Below, in pieces: positions 59,193 through 64,000 of a stretch of 64,000 nt of DNA. The notes under the pieces are model-generated. The model was not told where the DNA came from. It saw nothing but the letters and a program-made list of their open reading frames with translations, and searched no databases. A program made the translations under genes and the position numbers. Within the stretch, counting starts at the first letter, position 1. Every line of letters starts with the position of its first letter. This DNA is from the human T2T-CHM13v2.0 reference genome, Homo sapiens, in NCBI RefSeq assembly GCF_009914755.1, contig NC_060938.1; one strand, 5' to 3'.

Positions 59193-59899
59193 GGACGGGC
59201 TTGACCCTCAGGGACGTCGTGTTCCCTCTCACAGGCGCTCCCTGTACAGTGACTGCACACACCACCTGTCTGGGAACTGTCTTCATCTCGTCACGAATGG
59301 GGCAAGGCTACGGGATTACCCCTTGACCCTGCTGATGCAACCTCTGGTGCCTGGGAGGAGTCTGGGCAAAGGCGCCAGGCCAGGCCAGGCCAGGCCAGGG
59401 CCAAGGAATTTGTGAGAGTATTACAGCCTTAAATTTCCAGCAGAAATCAGAAAATCTGATCTTGCATATCTAAGAATAGCCGCTGGTTTCAACCATGAGA
59501 GGTGCCAAAGTGAAAGCTGTAATTATTAGTAAGTAACAAGCAGAAATTAACCACCTACCGCAAAGTCATTTTTAGCTGCCATCCCAAGGTGGAAATTGAA
59601 AAATGGGCACCAAGAAGCTGTTTGGTTTGGAAAAGACCCTGGCTCAGTGCTGAAGGGCTGTGGACATGCGAATTTCCAATGCCAGCAGTAAGGTGTGCAC
59701 TCAAGGAAGATGAGGAATGGCTCCTGAGGAACCATGTCTTGAGGTGCCACATCCCATGCTCTAATGGGGCTCTCCTGACTTCTGCATAGTGAGACTGCAA
59801 AGGTGCTCACTTCTATCCAGCCTGGGCTCCCACATTGTAAAAATGGAGAAAATAACCTTTCTCTGACTTTCTTTACAGAATAGTATATAGACAAATGGC

Positions 59900-61250
59900 A
59901 CTGGAACATACCTGGAACTTTTAGGAAAAGAAACCATAAACATGAATAGTTGCTTTCCAAATATCATGGGAGGCACAGATGCCGTAAGAAAAAATTGATA
60001 AATTTATTTTAAAAAACGGCAAAAGACAAACAAAAACTAAAAAAAAAAAAAAAAAAAACCCTTGGAAGATGTTTACAGCACCTATTTCAGAGACAAGGCA
60101 GATTTCTTTGACACACAATAAGTGCTTAGAAATAAAAAGGAAAAGCTCAGTATCTAAGAAGATAAATGGTCAAAAGCTACGGACAGAAAACTGAAATACC
60201 ATTTTCTACTTGTCAGACTGGAAAGATCAAGGATTCTGAGAATTCATTGTGTTGGCAAGGGCGTGAGAAAGTGGACGTTAGCACATTGTTGACTGGAATG
60301 TAAACTGGTACAATTCTGTGGAAGGCAATGGACAAAACTTATCAAAATTAAAGAGTACACACCCCTTCATCCATCACTTCCACTGTTTAGAGTTTATCTT
60401 ACAGATAAAAAAAAATACACAGTCAGCCCTCAGTATCCATGGGGAATTGGTTCTGGGACCTCCCTTGAATACCAAAATCCATGGATGTTCTAGTCCCTGA
60501 TATGAAATGGTGCAGGATTTGCACATCCTCCTGTGTATTTTAAATTATCCTATGCACATCCTCCTGTGTGTTTTAAATCATCTCTAGATTACTTAAAATA
60601 CCTAATACAATGTAAATGCTATTTAAATAGTTCTTATACTGTATTGTTTAGGGAATAATGACAAGAAGACAAAGTTTGTACTTGTTCAGTACAGACAGAT
60701 TTTTTTCAGATATTTTTAATGCAAGGTTGGTTAAATCCGTGGGTGCAGAACCTGAGAATGTAAAGGGTAGACTGTGTATAGGGATACTTATTGAAGCATT
60801 ATCTGTAATGGCAAAATACTAGAGTGGGGGAGCTCAAACCACATAAGGTAAAACCCGACAGTGCGGTGAAAGCTGTTTTCTTCTAAATTTACCTCTTAAA
60901 AGGCTATGTGAAGGTATGATATGATTCTACATCTTGACTCAAGCAAAATCGTTGCTTTGAAAGAGTCAACATGGCACAAATTGCCATAATAAGCTAAATG
61001 TTATCAGCTGAATTTAAGATTAAAATCTAAATGTTAATCAGTAGAGTATTGGTTAAATGATGGTCTAACCATACAGTAGACATACTCTGTAGCTGTGACA
61101 AAGTATAAGTCACCTTACAGGTGCTGATGTGCACTGACCTACCAGGTGGCACATTCAGGGGGTGGTGGGGGACAAAGTACAGCATGTGAGATTTCTGGAA
61201 GATGCACAGAACCGGTGACAGTGGTTGCCTGTGGTGGGGGTGACTGAGGC
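59900..61250 (+). mobile_element. Old L1M(E)-type 3' fragments interrupted by MER2 and a ~190-bp insert
   Basis: gtgttggcaaggg...gactggaatgtaaactggtacaattctgtggaaggcaat; gcattatctgtaatggcaaaa; ctaaatgttaatcagtagag...ccatacagtag. Confidence 0.65.
60420..60774. mobile_element. MER2 (non-autonomous Tigger-family DNA element)
   Basis: TIR-like ends cagtcagccctcagtatcc ... gaatgtaaagggtagactg; internal aatcatctctagattactt...aatacaatgtaaatgctat. Confidence 0.85.
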
Positions 61251-61964
61251 TCAGGGATAAGAGGGAGCCTTTTCACTTTGTGGCTTTTCAATTGTGTGCC
61301 ATGGACCTATGGAAGGGAGCACCTATCATACAGAAAGTGGGGACCTGCTGTGGGCAAGCATCCCTCATCTCCTGGGCCTGTCCCCTTACAAAGCAGCTGG
61401 CGGCACAGGTGTCCTATTCACTATCTCCTTGTCATATACATGCACAGACAAGTGGCCTAGGGACCCTCTGCTACAATAGATTTCTCTGCTGGAAATCCAA
61501 GGTCATCTCCGAGTGACCTTTCCTGCAAGCCTCAAATCTGGGTCCACCTCCACTGTGGGCTCCCATCACGAGCTCCCACTGTACTCAGTTCACCAGAAAA
61601 AACCACCAGGAGAGAACAGGCCCACAAATGTCACTCAGACACCATGGCTTTGGGTGTCAGGCCTTGATCTAACTAATTTCTTCTAAAGCTTACAAAACTT
61701 ATGGGCTCTGGCAGTATTGTGGGAGCTGATGATGGACACAGGAAACAGAGGTTACCTGGTTTCCATGAACTGCCAAAAAATTGAGTCACATTTATTTTGC
61801 CTCTCAGAGCAGTGGAGCTCAAATCACATAAGGTAAAATCTGGCAGTGCAGTGGAAACTGTCTTCTAAATTTTCCTCTTGAAGGACTATGTGAATATATG
61901 ATACGATTCTAAATCTTGACTCAAGCAAAGTCATTGCTTTGAAACAGTCGATATGGCACAAATT
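60829..61964 (+). repeat. Dispersed ~150-bp direct repeat (copy A 60829-60982, copy B 61814-61964)
   Basis: Manual alignment: ~20 mismatches and one 3-nt gap over ~151 nt (~87% identity). Confidence 0.9.
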
Positions 61965-62209
61965 CCAAAAAGATCCTAATTGACTTCATTCATTCGTCCT
62001 ACACACAATGCTCACCGTATGCATACAGCACAGTCTGCTCAGGGTTTACAGGGTCGACAGTCACTTTCCATAGTTCAATTCCACCACCTTCTAGAATAGT
62101 AAAGCCACACCCATTTGCTAGGAAGGAGAACTTGACTCTGTCCTATGGGCCATGCAATGAGAAACGGATCTTGTGTGATTATATTAAAATTCAAGGACAG
62201 CTCCAAGAA

Positions 62210-62567
<358 letters not shown>

Positions 62568-63469
62568 CTACAAAATTTCCTCCCCAACAGTCACGGCAGG
62601 CCACGCAAAGTGGGGCAAAGTCTCTGGATAACTGAATTGGGGGCAGCAAGGCACCAGACAGAGCTCTCCTGGAATATGTTGACTTTCAGGTCATTAAGTT
62701 TTCTGAGAAACAAGCAAGAGAAGCACCACCTTCGAGGTCAGGGGGGCTAGTTCCACCCTGGAGGGATGGCCTTCAGCCCTTCTAGTGTTTTAGACTCCAG
62801 CTCTTCAGAAACCCAACTTTGAGACCAATTTAAAAGGCAACTCTGCCCCTACACCAGCCCCACAAGTTCAGGTTTACCTGGCCTGGACACTAAACCATAC
62901 TCCTTCCCTTTCTGTTCTCTGTAGTTGTTGTTCATGGGGGTAACTGACTAGGACAGCCATCAGAGTTCTCAGCCAGGAACTGGACTTTTGCATAAGGGAG
63001 CTGTGGAGGAGGCGTTACTGCTACTCCTTGGCCCTCAGAGCCAGAATGTCTGGGACCTCTCTAAGCAAGAGGCCAAATGCTGCAGGCGTCTGCAGCAGAG
63101 AAGAACAACTGTGAATTCATGAATCACCCCTCTTTTGTACTTCTGCTTAGAAGAATATAATTTGTTAATTTACGGTAGTCATTATGGTGCAATTGAAGAT
63201 GCCAACACAGAAAAGGCTGACTGAGCTGGGCTCTGCGGCATGCCAAGGCCAGGTAAATCCAAACATGTTTTCAATGCGAAGGCCTGCCAGTGGTGTCAAA
63301 CAGGGTGGAATATCATACGATTAGCCTTGGCAAAAAAGGAGTCAACAGAGGGACAATTGGTGGATAATAAGCACCCTTCTCAGCCAAATGTGGGCTTTCA
63401 CCACACACTGTAAGAGTCAAGCCTGAGAAGACCCAGGTAGGGCTATACAGATGAAGTGATGAAACCTGA

Positions 63470-63998
<529 letters not shown>

Positions 63999-64000
63999 AG

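Overview
Primate (almost certainly human) genomic DNA holding the 3' end of TTC7B (tetratricopeptide repeat domain 7B, scaffold of the PI4KA-TTC7-FAM126/EFR3 complex; from recall chr14q32.11) on the minus strand. Only two coding exons are supported: the penultimate exon (49258-49460, 203 nt) and the last exon (CDS 12520-12741, then 3'UTR to an AATAAA at 11756-11761). They are separated by a 36.5-kb GT-AG intron and splice in frame. The rest is intronic or 3'-flanking DNA: about 15 Alus, a near full-length Tigger1 carrying three nested Alus, MER2, a solo MER39-like LTR, MLT1 LTRs, L1/L2/MIR fossils, two minisatellites and a (GGAT)n microsatellite. Nearly all ORFs in the supplied track look spurious (GC-rich chance, Alu, VNTR or exon shadows). 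I find no convincing novel biological system. The best leads are (i) a CpG-rich patch plus ordered plus-strand splice and polyA signals at 41.7-45.6 kb, suggesting an antisense transcript, and (ii) a ~150-bp hairpin-bearing segment copied ~1 kb away into an old L1 (60.8/61.8 kb). Repeat family names and boundaries were recognised by eye and are approximate.
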